Below are positions 1 to 9,263 of a stretch of DNA of 54,003 nucleotides, piece after piece (positions within the stretch are counted from its first letter, which is position 1; every line of letters starts with the position of its first letter). The notes under the pieces are model-generated. The model did not search any database. It worked only from the letters and a program-made list of their open reading frames with translations, and was not told the DNA's origin. The position numbers and the translations under genes were made by a program. This DNA comes from an uncultured Desulfobacterales bacterium. Its GTDB lineage: Bacteria > Desulfobacterota > DSM-4660 > Desulfatiglandales > HGW-15. The stretch lies in assembly GCA_964454455.1 (NCBI GenBank), contig CAYVVQ010000004.1, positions 1 through 54,003 of the forward strand. The letters are read 5' to 3'.

Positions 1-3000
1 GTCCGTCAAACACCGGTGAGATGGTCGCCTCTTCCGTATACAGGGAGCCGTCCTTCCTCCTGTTCACCAAACGACCCTGCCAGGTGTCCCCCGCAGTGAT
101 CGTCTCCCACAACTGTCGATAAAAAGCCTCGTCTTGTTTTCCGCTTTTCAGAATTCTCGGGTTCTGTCCTCTTGCCTCCTCGGCGGAGTAGCCGGTCGTT
201 TTTTCGAATGCGGGGTTTGCGTACTGAATCGTACCATCGGGGTTAGTGATGACGATAACCTCGCCTGCCTGTTCTATGGCGGAAAGGAGCCTTTCACGTT
301 CCCTTTCGAATTTGATCCGGTCATCGATATGGCGTCCAAACACCAAAACTCGCTCTTTATCGCCGATTTTAGCAAAATTCAAACTGTTTTCAAACCATAT
401 TGAGTTGCCATCTTTGCCTTTTCCATGCCATCGGAATTTTTGTGGTCCCTCAATCTTGGCCCTGTAAATCCATTTCAAGGCCTCATTTTGGGTATAAGGA
501 CTGTCATTTGAACTGATATCCCCGATTTCTAACTCCTTCAATTCATCTACGGAATAACCAAATATATTGCACGCGGTCTTGTTGACATCCACAATTCCGC
601 CAGTTTCAGCATGATGAACAAAAATGGCATCGTGGCTGTTTTCAAAAATATCCCGATAGTTCTTCTCGGATTCCAATAATGCGATTTCAGCCTGTTTATA
701 TTCAGTGATATCGTGATGAACTCCGACACTCAACACTGGCATGCCGTTTTCATCAAATGTGAACCTCGCCCCAGACCGGATCCACCTGATTCCGCCATCG
801 GGTCGCACAATACGGAATTCCATCGGCCAGGTCTTCTTCTGTTGAACCATATCCGATACATGCCTTTGGACGGACTCAACGTCTTCAGGATGAATGATAT
901 CGAGCATCGTGTCCTGCAGGTTCCCATAGGAACCGTCAGGATCGAGGCCGGCGATTTCGAACATATGCCTGGACCATTCCAGCGCGTCCGATCTCAGGTC
1001 CCAAACGAAGGAACCGATTTTTGCTATGGCCTGGGCTTCATGAAGTGTCGCTTCATTCCTGCGCAATGTGTCCTCTATTTGTTTGCGGTAAGTGATGTCC
1101 CGAGCAACACTGAGAATGCATGGGTTGCCCTCGTAATCGATAAGCTTTGAGCTGATTTCCACCGGAATAAGTGTTCCATCTTTCTTGAGATGCGCAGATT
1201 CAAACGTGAGCTTTCCTTCCCGTTCGATGTCTCGAAATCTTTGTTCAGTTAATCTGGCGAATTCCTGGACATCAATATCCATTGAGAATTTTTGTAGCAT
1301 CTCAGATTTTCTGAATCCTAGACGTTCACAACCGACCTGATTGACTTCCAGAAAGCGGCCTTGCATATCATGAATATAGATAGCATCATTTGCGCTATTA
1401 AAAATGTTTGCAAATTTTCTTTGACTCTCCTTCAGGGCTTCTTCTGCCTTTCTCTTTTCGGTAATATCCCGGCAGGTTCCCATATAACCAATGAACGCAC
1501 CTTCTGAGTTGATCAAAGGGGTTGCGTTAGTTTCAAATACTACTTCGGAGCCATGTTTTGCCAAAAGCGTATCTTCCAACCCGATGATTCTTGCATGGCT
1601 TTGCGCGGCCTTGGAAAATATGGGAGACACTCTCTCTACTTCGGACGGCAGCATGAAATCGAATGGGGTCTTGCCCAGGATTTCATCGCCGGGGTATCCC
1701 ATGAGGTTTTCTGCCTGAGGGCTAACGTAAGTATAGTAGCCGTTCTCATCCACCTGCCAAACCCAATCAACAAGATTCTCTACGAGCATGCGGAATTTTT
1801 CTTTTTCGCGTCGTAGCGCTTCCTCAGCCTGAAAGCGTTCAGTCACATCCTGAACCGTCCCGGTAATGCTGATGACGTTTCCTTCCTCGTTTTGAATGGG
1901 GGTCCCGATTGCGTGATATACTGCTTGCCTTCGACTGGGGAGGTTTACCCTCAGATCCAGAGCGTAGGGCTCAGCACTTGCAACGGCTTTCGAGATGTGC
2001 TTTTCCATCCGCTTCACATCGTCCGGCCAATGCAGCGCCATCATTTCTTCATGGGTGGGAGGGCCTAATGCGGGATTTCGCTCATAAAGCACGTACATCA
2101 TGTCGGACCAGAGAATATCCCTTGTATTCACATTGTAGTCGACATGCCCGATCCGAGCGGTCTGCTGGGATGTGCGAAGCCGCCGTTCACTGTCCCGGAG
2201 GGCCTCTTCCGCCTGTCGGCGCTCCGTAACATCGGTGAAAACGGTTGAAACCCTCCCTTTTGAAGGAGAATTCACATTGAAATCCAGGTATTTCCCTGCA
2301 GGCTCAAAATACGTCTCGAAACTTTCAGGGTCTCCAGTCTGAGCGACTCTGGAAAAAACGTCGAGATAGGGGGGGTCACCAGTACCGTAGACTTGAGATC
2401 CGAGGGCATTGATGGCCCCCGAGCGACTGATGCCCATGATCTTTTCATAGGAAGAATTCACGTTGAGTATCCGATAATCGACAGCCTTTCCATTTTCATC
2501 ATAAACAAGCTCATCAAGGCAAGAACCAGCCGACAGGCTTTCGAAAAGCGTCCTGAAGCGTTCTTCACTTTCCATCAATGCCTTTTCGGCCGTTTTCGTT
2601 TCAGTGATGTCAATGGACATGGTGATGATGAGAGGCTTTCCATCCGTTTCAATCGGCTCACAGGAGTAAAGGTGTAAACGTTCTGCCCCATCTGCATGAG
2701 TCACAGGGATTTCGATCTCTTTTACTCGTCCTTTGGATTCCAGTGTTTGAAGAATGCGCTCTCGATGCTCGGACGTGACGAAACCGATCTCCGTGGAAGT
2801 CGCCCCAAGAACGGCGTCGCGGGAGAATCCCGTCGATCGCAAAAAAGCATCATTGACAGCGATAAACCGTCCGCCCGGAACCGCGTTGATCGTCATCAGC
2901 CATGGCGCATTGTTGAAGGCTTTCAAAAATCGCTCTTCAGACCGGCGAAGTTCTTTTTCGGTACGCCTTTGATCCGTGATGTCTTGAAAGATGGTCAACA

Positions 3001-3394
3001 CCGCCGGCGATTCATTTTGATAGATAGGCGTGGAGTTGGAAAGAACAATGACTTCCTTCTGGTCCCTTCTGACAATGACCAGCTCAATGGGATCCAACAA
3101 TTTTCCTGTCTCAACAGCACGACAACGCCTGTGATAAGCCCGTTCAATATCGTCTGCGTGAATCCAGTCGCTTGGGCTGCTGCCCATAATCTCTGCTTCA
3201 TTCTGTGTTCCGAAAAGGGCTGCAGCCGCAGGATTGGCAAATACGATCTTTTCTTCTTGGGTCACCAGAAAAGGCAACGGCGAGACGTCAATCAGCTTCC
3301 GGTATCCTTCCTCACTCTTTCGGAACGAGCTCTGCTCTTCCTCCAAATCTCGGACTCGCTTTTCCAACTCTTCATATGTGGGCTTTTCAACCAT
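1..3394 (-). CDS. Multi-PAS sensor protein, N-terminal ~1131 aa; the C-terminal output part lies beyond the left window edge
   Basis: The minus-strand frame stays open from the ATG (complement of 3392-3394) to position 1, so it is absent from the complete-ORF track. Hand translation starts MVEKPTYEELEKRVRDLEEEQ. It gives about nine ~125-aa PAS/PAC-like modules joined by SE-x-x-F/L coiled linkers (e.g. FIAVNDAFLRSTGFSRDAVLGATSTEIGF; VITNPDGTIQYANPAFEKTTGYSAEEARGQNPRILKSG). I spot-checked several lines for in-frame stops and found none. Plus-strand ORFs here are short. Confidence 0.85.
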   Translation of the reverse strand, partial: MVEKPTYEELEKRVRDLEEEQSSFRKSEEGYRKLIDVSPLPFLVTQEEKIVFANPAAAALFGTQNEAEIMGSSPSDWIHADDIERAYHRRCRAVETGKLLDPIELVIVRRDQKEVIVLSNSTPIYQNESPAVLTIFQDITDQRRTEKELRRSEERFLKAFNNAPWLMTINAVPGGRFIAVNDAFLRSTGFSRDAVLGATSTEIGFVTSEHRERILQTLESKGRVKEIEIPVTHADGAERLHLYSCEPIETDGKPLIITMSIDITETKTAEKALMESEERFRTLFESLSAGSCLDELVYDENGKAVDYRILNVNSSYEKIMGISRSGAINALGSQVYGTGDPPYLDVFSRVAQTGDPESFETYFEPAGKYLDFNVNSPSKGRVSTVFTDVTERRQAEEALRDSERRLRTSQQTARIGHVDYNVNTRDILWSDMMYVLYERNPALGPPTHEEMMALHWPDDVKRMEKHISKAVASAEPYALDLRVNLPSRRQAVYHAIGTPIQNEEGNVISITGTVQDVTERFQAEEALRREKEKFRMLVENLVDWVWQVDENGYYTYVSPQAENLMGYPGDEILGKTPFDFMLPSEVERVSPIFSKAAQSHARIIGLEDTLLAKHGSEVVFETNATPLINSEGAFIGYMGTCRDITEKRKAEEALKESQRKFANIFNSANDAIYIHDMQGRFLEVNQVGCERLGFRKSEMLQKFSMDIDVQEFARLTEQRFRDIEREGKLTFESAHLKKDGTLIPVEISSKLIDYEGNPCILSVARDITYRKQIEDTLRRNEATLHEAQAIAKIGSFVWDLRSDALEWSRHMFEIAGLDPDGSYGNLQDTMLDIIHPEDVESVQRHVSDMVQQKKTWPMEFRIVRPDGGIRWIRSGARFTFDENGMPVLSVGVHHDITEYKQAEIALLESEKNYRDIFENSHDAIFVHHAETGGIVDVNKTACNIFGYSVDELKELEIGDISSNDSPYTQNEALKWIYRAKIEGPQKFRWHGKGKDGNSIWFENSLNFAKIGDKERVLVFGRHIDDRIKFERERERLLSAIEQAGEVIVITNPDGTIQYANPAFEKTTGYSAEEARGQNPRILKSGKQDEAFYRQLWETITAGDTWQGRLVNRRKDGSLYTEEATISPVFDG

Positions 3395-3659
3395 GATTTA
3401 TGCCTGTTTCATGTTGTGTGTCGGTTGATAGATTTAAGCAAGAAAAGGGAGGTGCCGGCCAAATACAATACACCACCCTCGGCGCTCATGTCCTTGTTAT
3501 ACAGGCAATCTCTATTGTGAATTGAGAACAGACCTAACCATACCACGGAAGCGGCGGAAAATGAACCATGTTCACGGCTCAGAGCCATAGGAGGCGAAGC
3601 CTGTCGCCTGCGGTGAAGCAACGAGCATAAGCAACCGCAGGCCACGGCGGGGTGGTAAA

Positions 3660-6600
3660 CTACGGACCAGGCACCTGAGCTCCCCTTCCTGCTCGACCTC
3701 CACCTTCAATGAGTTCGTAGACCAGCGGGATGAGGATCAGCGTCAGCACGGTGGCCATGGACAGGCCGAAGATAATGACGTTTCCCATGGGGCCCCAGAG
3801 GCTGCCTCCCCTGACGGCCAGCGGCAGGAGCCCTCCCACCGTCGAGATGGTGGTCAGCATGACCGGCCGGAAACGGAGCTTTCCGGCCTGGATCACCGCC
3901 TGCCTCACGTCACCGCCCTCTCTCCGTATCCCGTTGATGAAGTCGATTAGGACGATGGCGTCGTTCACCACGATGCCGGTGAGGCTCACCACCCCCAGGA
4001 AGGCCATGAACCCGAACGGATAGCCGGTGACCCAGAGCCCCAGGACGGCCCCCACGAGACCGAAGGGCAGGGACAGGGCGATGATCAAGGGCTGGCGGAA
4101 GGAGTTGAACTGGGCCACCAGCACGATGTAGACGAGCAGGAAGGCCGCCATCATGGCCCAGCCCAGGCTCATGAAAGACTCGGTCCGGTTTTTCGTCTCC
4201 CCTTCGACCTCCACCAGGCACCCGGCGGGGACGTGGAAGGAGGCCGTCCGCCGTTTCAGTTCATCGACAATGTCCTCGGCCAGGCGTTCTTCCACCTCGC
4301 ACCTGAGGGTCATGGTGCGGGTCAGGTTTTCCCTGCTGATGGTGGCGATGTCCGAGACCAGCCGGATCTCGGCGATCTGGGTGAAAGGCACCTTGGTCCC
4401 GAAAACAGTGGTGAGATAGAGGGATTGAAAGGTCGCGATCCGGTTCCTCGCCTGCTTGGCCAGCGAAACGACCACGTCCACTTCCTCGTCTTCCACCCGG
4501 AAGGTTGTGGCTGTGGTCCCGTAGAGGGCCGAGCGGAGCGTCCGGGCCAGGACGGCGTGGGTGATGCCGAGAATCCGTGCTTTTTCCGTGTCCACCCGGA
4601 TGCGGATCTGCTGCGTCTCATCCGAGGCGTCATCGGACACATCCACGGCGCCGGGGATGGTTTCCAGAACGGATCGGTATGCGGCCACCAGTCGCTTCAG
4701 GACGTCGAGATCGTCCCCTTTGAACGCGACGGCAACCGGGGCGCCCACCGGGGGGCCCTGTTCCAACTCCTTCAGCTCGATGCGGGCGCCGGGAAGCCCG
4801 GCAAGCTCCGGGCGAAGGGTCCGGATGACGGCGTCCGCGCGGATGCCCTTGGGAGTTCCCTTCAGGCGGACGAAGAACTGGGCCCGGTTCGGGGACGTCA
4901 CACGGAAAAAGTTGATGTTGTAATAGATCCTCGGTCCCGCTCCACCGAGATGGGCCATGACGCTTTCCACCTCCTGGCGGCCCATGAGGACCCGCTCGAT
5001 GTCCCCGGCCAGTGCCGACGTGGCGTCGAAGTTGCTTCCCGGGGGAAGCGTCACGTCGATGAGAAACCACCTCTTCTCGGCCTTGGGGAAAAACTGGAGG
5101 CCGAGTCTCGGAATGAAAAGGACGGACAGGACGAAGGCGGCCGCAGCGAGGATCAGGAAAAAAGTCTTGTGATCGAGAACCCGGCGGAGGAGGGCGGCAT
5201 AGACCCTGATGGTCCGGCCCTCCTTCCGTTCCGGCTCCCCGTCTTCCGCTTTCAGGAAACGGTGACTCAGGAGAGGGCTCACAAAGGTCGCCACGAGCAG
5301 GGAGCCCGCCAGGGCGGAGATCATGGTGAGGGGGATGCCCCGGATGAACTGGCCGGTCTCACCGGTCATGAAGAAGAGAGGCGTGAAGGCGAGGACCGTC
5401 GTCAGGGTGGAGGAGGTGATGGCGCCCAGGACCTCCCCGCTCCCATCCAGGGCCGCGGCGAGCCTCACTTTTCCCATGGCCAGGTGCCGCTGGATGTTTT
5501 CCACCACCACGATGCCGCTGTCCACCAGCATGCCGAGCACGATGACCATGGAGGCCAGGGTGATCTGGTTCAGGGTGTGGCCGAGGTGATAAAGCGTGAT
5601 CAGGGCAAAGCAGATGGAAAGGGGCAGGAGAAAGGCCACGATGAGCCCCATGCGCAGGTTCATCAGGACGGCGGTGCAAAGGAGCACCAGTCCCGCGCCC
5701 AGTGCCAGATTGTTTCCAAAGGTCCGGATCCTCTCCGACACGGAAACGGACTGGTCCGCGGCCACGGCGATCTCCAGCGATGGGGGGAGAGCCGTCGAGA
5801 GGGCCTCGAGCCTGTGACGGATGGTCCTTGAGACAGCCAGCATGTCGGATCGGGGTTTCTGGGTCACGAGGACATTGATGCCGGGGCGCCCGTTGAACCG
5901 TACCAGATACGCCGGCTCCTCGTACGTATCCGTGACCTCGGAAACGTCCTCGAGGAAAACAGGCCGCCCGGCATAGGCTCCGATGATGGTCTCGCCGATT
6001 TCCCCTGCCCCGGTGAACTCCTCATCCACCCGGACCAGGTAACGTCTCTTACCCACGTCCATGTGCCCGCCGGGCAGGCTCACGTTTTCCGCCCCGAGCA
6101 GGTCGATGATGTCCTGAAGGGAGATCCGGAACTGTGCGAGCCGGTTCTCGTCCACCTGGACACGGACCTCTCTCTCGGGGTATCCCTCGATCTCCAGGGT
6201 CATGATCTGGGGGACCTTCTCCAGACCCCGCTTGATCCGCCGGGCATACCGGTAGAGCTCCCAGTAGGAAAAGGGTCCGCTCAGGTTGATGATCATGGAG
6301 ACGGTTTCCGTCTTGTGACGGGTGATTTCCGGTGCCTGGGCCTCTTCAGGAAGATCCTTTTCCGCCTCGCGGACCTTTTCACGGACCTCCTGCATGTTCT
6401 GATCCATGTCCGTATCCGGATCGAATTCGAGAAGGATCAGGGCGGTCCCCTGGGACGAGGTGGAGGTGATCCTGTCCACCGACTCGATTTCGTTGATTCT
6501 TTCCTCGATGGGTCGAGAGACGAACCGCTCCACGTCCCTCGGGCCCGCGCCGGGATGGGGAACGAGAACCGTGGCGGCGGGGACCTGGATGAGCGGGTCC

Positions 6601-6707
6601 TCCATGCGGGGGATCCTGGCGTAGGCCAGGGCCCCCAGAATCAGGAGGAGCAGGAGGCCGAGGACGGTCAGGCGGTATCGATCAATGGCGGGAGCGACGA
6701 TGCTCAT
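3660..6707 (-). CDS. RND (AcrB/HAE1-type) efflux permease
   Basis: 1015-aa ORF with typical RND layout and motifs (GMLVDSGIVVVENI, IVVNDAIVLIDF). Its start overlaps the adaptor gene stop (ATGA at 6704-6707). Confidence 0.9.
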   Translation of the reverse strand: MSIVAPAIDRYRLTVLGLLLLLILGALAYARIPRMEDPLIQVPAATVLVPHPGAGPRDVERFVSRPIEERINEIESVDRITSTSSQGTALILLEFDPDTDMDQNMQEVREKVREAEKDLPEEAQAPEITRHKTETVSMIINLSGPFSYWELYRYARRIKRGLEKVPQIMTLEIEGYPEREVRVQVDENRLAQFRISLQDIIDLLGAENVSLPGGHMDVGKRRYLVRVDEEFTGAGEIGETIIGAYAGRPVFLEDVSEVTDTYEEPAYLVRFNGRPGINVLVTQKPRSDMLAVSRTIRHRLEALSTALPPSLEIAVAADQSVSVSERIRTFGNNLALGAGLVLLCTAVLMNLRMGLIVAFLLPLSICFALITLYHLGHTLNQITLASMVIVLGMLVDSGIVVVENIQRHLAMGKVRLAAALDGSGEVLGAITSSTLTTVLAFTPLFFMTGETGQFIRGIPLTMISALAGSLLVATFVSPLLSHRFLKAEDGEPERKEGRTIRVYAALLRRVLDHKTFFLILAAAAFVLSVLFIPRLGLQFFPKAEKRWFLIDVTLPPGSNFDATSALAGDIERVLMGRQEVESVMAHLGGAGPRIYYNINFFRVTSPNRAQFFVRLKGTPKGIRADAVIRTLRPELAGLPGARIELKELEQGPPVGAPVAVAFKGDDLDVLKRLVAAYRSVLETIPGAVDVSDDASDETQQIRIRVDTEKARILGITHAVLARTLRSALYGTTATTFRVEDEEVDVVVSLAKQARNRIATFQSLYLTTVFGTKVPFTQIAEIRLVSDIATISRENLTRTMTLRCEVEERLAEDIVDELKRRTASFHVPAGCLVEVEGETKNRTESFMSLGWAMMAAFLLVYIVLVAQFNSFRQPLIIALSLPFGLVGAVLGLWVTGYPFGFMAFLGVVSLTGIVVNDAIVLIDFINGIRREGGDVRQAVIQAGKLRFRPVMLTTISTVGGLLPLAVRGGSLWGPMGNVIIFGLSMATVLTLILIPLVYELIEGGGRAGRGAQVPGP

Positions 6708-7762
6708 GATGCCGGCAGGCCGTCCGCGGATGATCCGTTCGCCAACTGGACGGAGAGGCCGTGTGTCAGATATTCCTGACCGGATACCACGATCCGGTCC
6801 CCGGCCTTCACGCCTGTCAGGATTTCAATGTCCCCTTCCAGGATTCGGCCGACCCCCACGGGACGGCGATAGGCCGTATCCCCTTCCACGACATACACGT
6901 AGGGGGCTTCCCCGAAGCCGAGAAGGCAGTCCATGGGGAGAAAGACGGCCGGATCGAGATCCGTGTTTACCAGCGTCACCCGGGCGATTTGACCGGGTCG
7001 GAGTTTCTCGTCGGGGTTCGGGATGAGGACCTCCGCACTGAAGGCCCGGGAGAGGGGATCCGCGGAGGTGTCCACTCGGCGAACGGGCCCCTTGAAGACC
7101 TCCCGGGGATAGGTGTCCACACGGACGGACACCTCCAGACCCGGTGTCACCTTTGGAAGATCGTGATCCGCGATGGTGATGTTCACGACAATGGGGTCCA
7201 TGCGCGTGAGAACGGCTAAGGGCACCCCGGCACCCGCCACCTCTCCTGCCTCGGCCCGTTTTTCACGGATCCGGCCTGAAAAGGGCGCCCGAATCCGGGC
7301 ATGCTTCAGGCGGTCCTCCACCATTTTCAGTTCCGCCGATGCGAGAACGGCCGCGGATCGGGCGTCCTGGGAAGACGCGAGGGGGATGATCTCCCGGCTG
7401 TGAAGCTTTTCCATGCGGGCCAGATCCCGCTTCGCTTTCTGAAGATTTTCACCGGCCTTCTCCTTCCGGGCGAGGAGCTCGACGGTGTCCAGCTCCGCCA
7501 GGAGCGCCCCTTTTTCGACGCGGTCATGTTCGTCGAATCGAAGCGTGCGGATCTTTCCTCCGAAGGTGAAGCTGAGCTTCATTTCGAGATCCGCCTCCAC
7601 GGTCCCCAGAAACCGGAGGGTCTCGCTCCTTTGGGACCGTTTCGCCTCGAGGACGCGGACCGGCACCCGCCTCTCCGGTTCCCGGGCCGCTGTGTCGGAA
7701 TTCGTGCAGGCGGAAAGAGCCAGGATCCCCGGGATGAAGATCAGGAAAGAAAACCGTTTCAT
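6704..7762 (-). CDS. RND efflux periplasmic adaptor (MFP/HlyD family) lipoprotein
   Basis: 352 aa with a lipoprotein-type signal ending LALSAC and a coiled-coil hairpin (ELLARKEKAGENLQKAKRDLARMEKL). It is translationally coupled to the pump gene. Confidence 0.85.
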   Translation of the reverse strand: MKRFSFLIFIPGILALSACTNSDTAAREPERRVPVRVLEAKRSQRSETLRFLGTVEADLEMKLSFTFGGKIRTLRFDEHDRVEKGALLAELDTVELLARKEKAGENLQKAKRDLARMEKLHSREIIPLASSQDARSAAVLASAELKMVEDRLKHARIRAPFSGRIREKRAEAGEVAGAGVPLAVLTRMDPIVVNITIADHDLPKVTPGLEVSVRVDTYPREVFKGPVRRVDTSADPLSRAFSAEVLIPNPDEKLRPGQIARVTLVNTDLDPAVFLPMDCLLGFGEAPYVYVVEGDTAYRRPVGVGRILEGDIEILTGVKAGDRIVVSGQEYLTHGLSVQLANGSSADGLPAS

Positions 7763-7793
7763 CTTGTCACCCTCCGAACGGGTCCTGGATGGC

Positions 7794-8426
7794 TCATGCC
7801 TTCTTCTTGAACCCTGCGACCAGGGTGTCGATGCCTTTTTTCACCACGCTTTCCAGCGGCATGGGAATGAACTGGCGGTGCTCCTCCTCTTCATAGAGAA
7901 GAAGAATCCCGGTGATGGAACCCCAGGCGACCACCGCGGCCTCCATGGGGTCGCAGGGGGCCACGTCCCCCGATGCCATCCCTTCCTCCACGGCCCCCGA
8001 TAGATAAGAGAGCGCCTCCATGCCCTTGCGCGTGCATTCCTGGAACAGGTCCTGAGGGATTTTGGGAGACAGTTCGCCGTGATGGAGAAAGAAGAGAATC
8101 TGGAAGTAGTTTTTCTCCTCCCGATAATATCGGAAAAAGGCCTCCCCCACGGCCCTCAGCTTGGCCTCCCAGCCGGACGCCCTGTTCACCGCCTGCCGGA
8201 ATCGCCGGATCAGCTTGTCCAGCCCTTCGAGGAGGATGCTGACATACAGCTCTTCCTTGCAGGAGAAGTAGAGGTAGAGGGTGCCCTTGCTCAGCTCAGC
8301 GGCCCTGGCGACCTGATCCATGGTGGCGGACTGAAACCCTCTGGTGAAGAAGGCCGTCTTGGCCGCTTCCAGGATCCCGGCTCTTCTCTTTTCACGTTCC
8401 CGTTCCTTGCGTTCTCGCGTTCCCAT
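7794..8426 (-). CDS. TetR/AcrR-family transcriptional repressor
   Basis: 210 aa with an N-terminal TetR HTH (ILEAAKTAFFTRGFQSATMDQVARAAELSKGTLYLYF). It is the first gene of the efflux operon, 31 bp upstream of the MFP gene. Confidence 0.9.
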   Translation of the reverse strand: MGTRERKEREREKRRAGILEAAKTAFFTRGFQSATMDQVARAAELSKGTLYLYFSCKEELYVSILLEGLDKLIRRFRQAVNRASGWEAKLRAVGEAFFRYYREEKNYFQILFFLHHGELSPKIPQDLFQECTRKGMEALSYLSGAVEEGMASGDVAPCDPMEAAVVAWGSITGILLLYEEEEHRQFIPMPLESVVKKGIDTLVAGFKKKA

Positions 8427-8438
8427 GAGCCCCTTTCT

Positions 8439-8485
8439 GACTGGCGGTCATGTGGTGACCAATGGTCACATAATAACCGACAGTC
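8439..8485. promoter_or_regulatory. Candidate TetR operator (inverted repeat)
   Basis: Perfect palindrome GTGACCA-A-TGGTCAC at 8455-8469, nested in the imperfect inverted repeat GACTGGCGGT...ACCGACAGTC. It lies 13-60 bp upstream of the tetR start. Confidence 0.55.
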
Positions 8486-8582
8486 AGGTTTTGTCAAGGG
8501 TGAAGCGAACGGGTTCCCCTTTTGGGGGGGCGGTGGCACAGGTTTTCATCGGCGGGGGTGACCGCAGGCCGGTCATGGACGT

Positions 8583-8685
8583 TTGACGGGTTCGCAAAAA
8601 CCCGCTCACCAGCCGCTGGAAACGCCATAAGCTATTGATATTCCGGGGCAGATCTCAAGGCTTCGGGCTTTTTGCGACGCCATCA
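8583..8685 (-). repeat. MITE-like ~104-bp dispersed element, copy A
   Basis: TTGACGGGTTCGCAAAAACCCGCTCACC...CAGATCTCAAGGCTTCGGGCTTTTTGCGACGCCATCA. It aligns end to end with the copies at 22508, 37548, 49006 and 53863. The two ends are imperfect inverted repeats. Confidence 0.85.
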
Positions 8686-8693
8686 CGTTTGGA

Positions 8694-8732
8694 AAAGAAA
8701 AAGGCGGGTTCTGTGGCGAACGCCGCCTTTTT
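8694..8732 (-). terminator. Rho-independent terminator (bidirectional shape) downstream of the orphan gene pair
   Basis: Stem GGCGGGTTC/GAACGCCGCC (8703-8727) flanked by an A-run and a T-run. Read on the minus strand, the hairpin is followed by TTTTTCTTTT. Confidence 0.65.
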
Positions 8733-8788
8733 CCAGGGGACACCGGGTCTGTGGCGACCCGGGTGTCGGCCGCGATGGAGGCCGTACC

Positions 8789-9058
8789 TTAATCGCTCAT
8801 GGATGGGTTCCCCTCCGTTTCATCCGGTTCCCCGGAGACCGATGCACGGGCGAGCTCCATGAGCTGGAAATCTTCTCGGATGTCCCTCCATCCCAGCAGG
8901 TGGAGGCGGTTTGCCCATTCCCAGCATTCCACGCAAGGGTCGGCCTCGAGGATCCGGGAGATGTCCTTCAGCACCCTGGGAACGCAGTGGGCGTCGATGC
9001 CCATGTCCAACAGCCTGTCCACCATGGCGTCCCTGATGGTGTTTGCGCGTTCTTTCAT
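8789..9058 (-). CDS. Hypothetical small acidic protein (89 aa)
   Basis: In-frame ATG at 9058 preceded by GGGAGAA. Sequence MKERANTIRDAMVDRLLDMGIDAHCVPRVLKDISRILEADPCVECWEW... No family recognised. The 169-aa track version adds a Pro/Arg-rich N-extension that looks non-coding. Confidence 0.5.
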   Translation of the reverse strand: MKERANTIRDAMVDRLLDMGIDAHCVPRVLKDISRILEADPCVECWEWANRLHLLGWRDIREDFQLMELARASVSGEPDETEGNPSMSD

Positions 9059-9263
9059 GCTTCTCCCGTCCGATGCGGGCATGGAAACGGCGACCGTCTG
9101 TATCCGGATGATCCTGTGTGCCCGAAGGCGGTCTCGCTCGGGGGGCCTTCGGATCGGATCCGGTTTGCGCGCGAAGCTGACTACGAGAATCGGCAGGTCG
9201 GCGGGAAATCTTGAATGCGGGCTGGGTGGTCGGAATACGGGTGCACTGTGTGGCTGTCGAGCG

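Noticed and set aside
134-3520. Plus-strand ORFs in the first 3.5 kb (e.g. 2696..3520, 274 aa; 713..1150, 145 aa).
   Set aside because: The opposite strand carries one uninterrupted frame with repeated, clearly PAS-like sequence. The plus-strand products have no recognisable motifs.
3560-3650. Hairpin CCTGCGGT-N19-ACCGCAGG downstream of the RND gene as a terminator.
   Set aside because: It has a long 19-nt loop and no T-run on the minus strand, so support is weak.
8534-8549. TGGCACAGGTTTTCAT, a sigma-54-like -24 element.
   Set aside because: The -12 position reads TTCA, not TTGC, so the GC dinucleotide is absent. There is also no plus-strand gene within 2 kb downstream.
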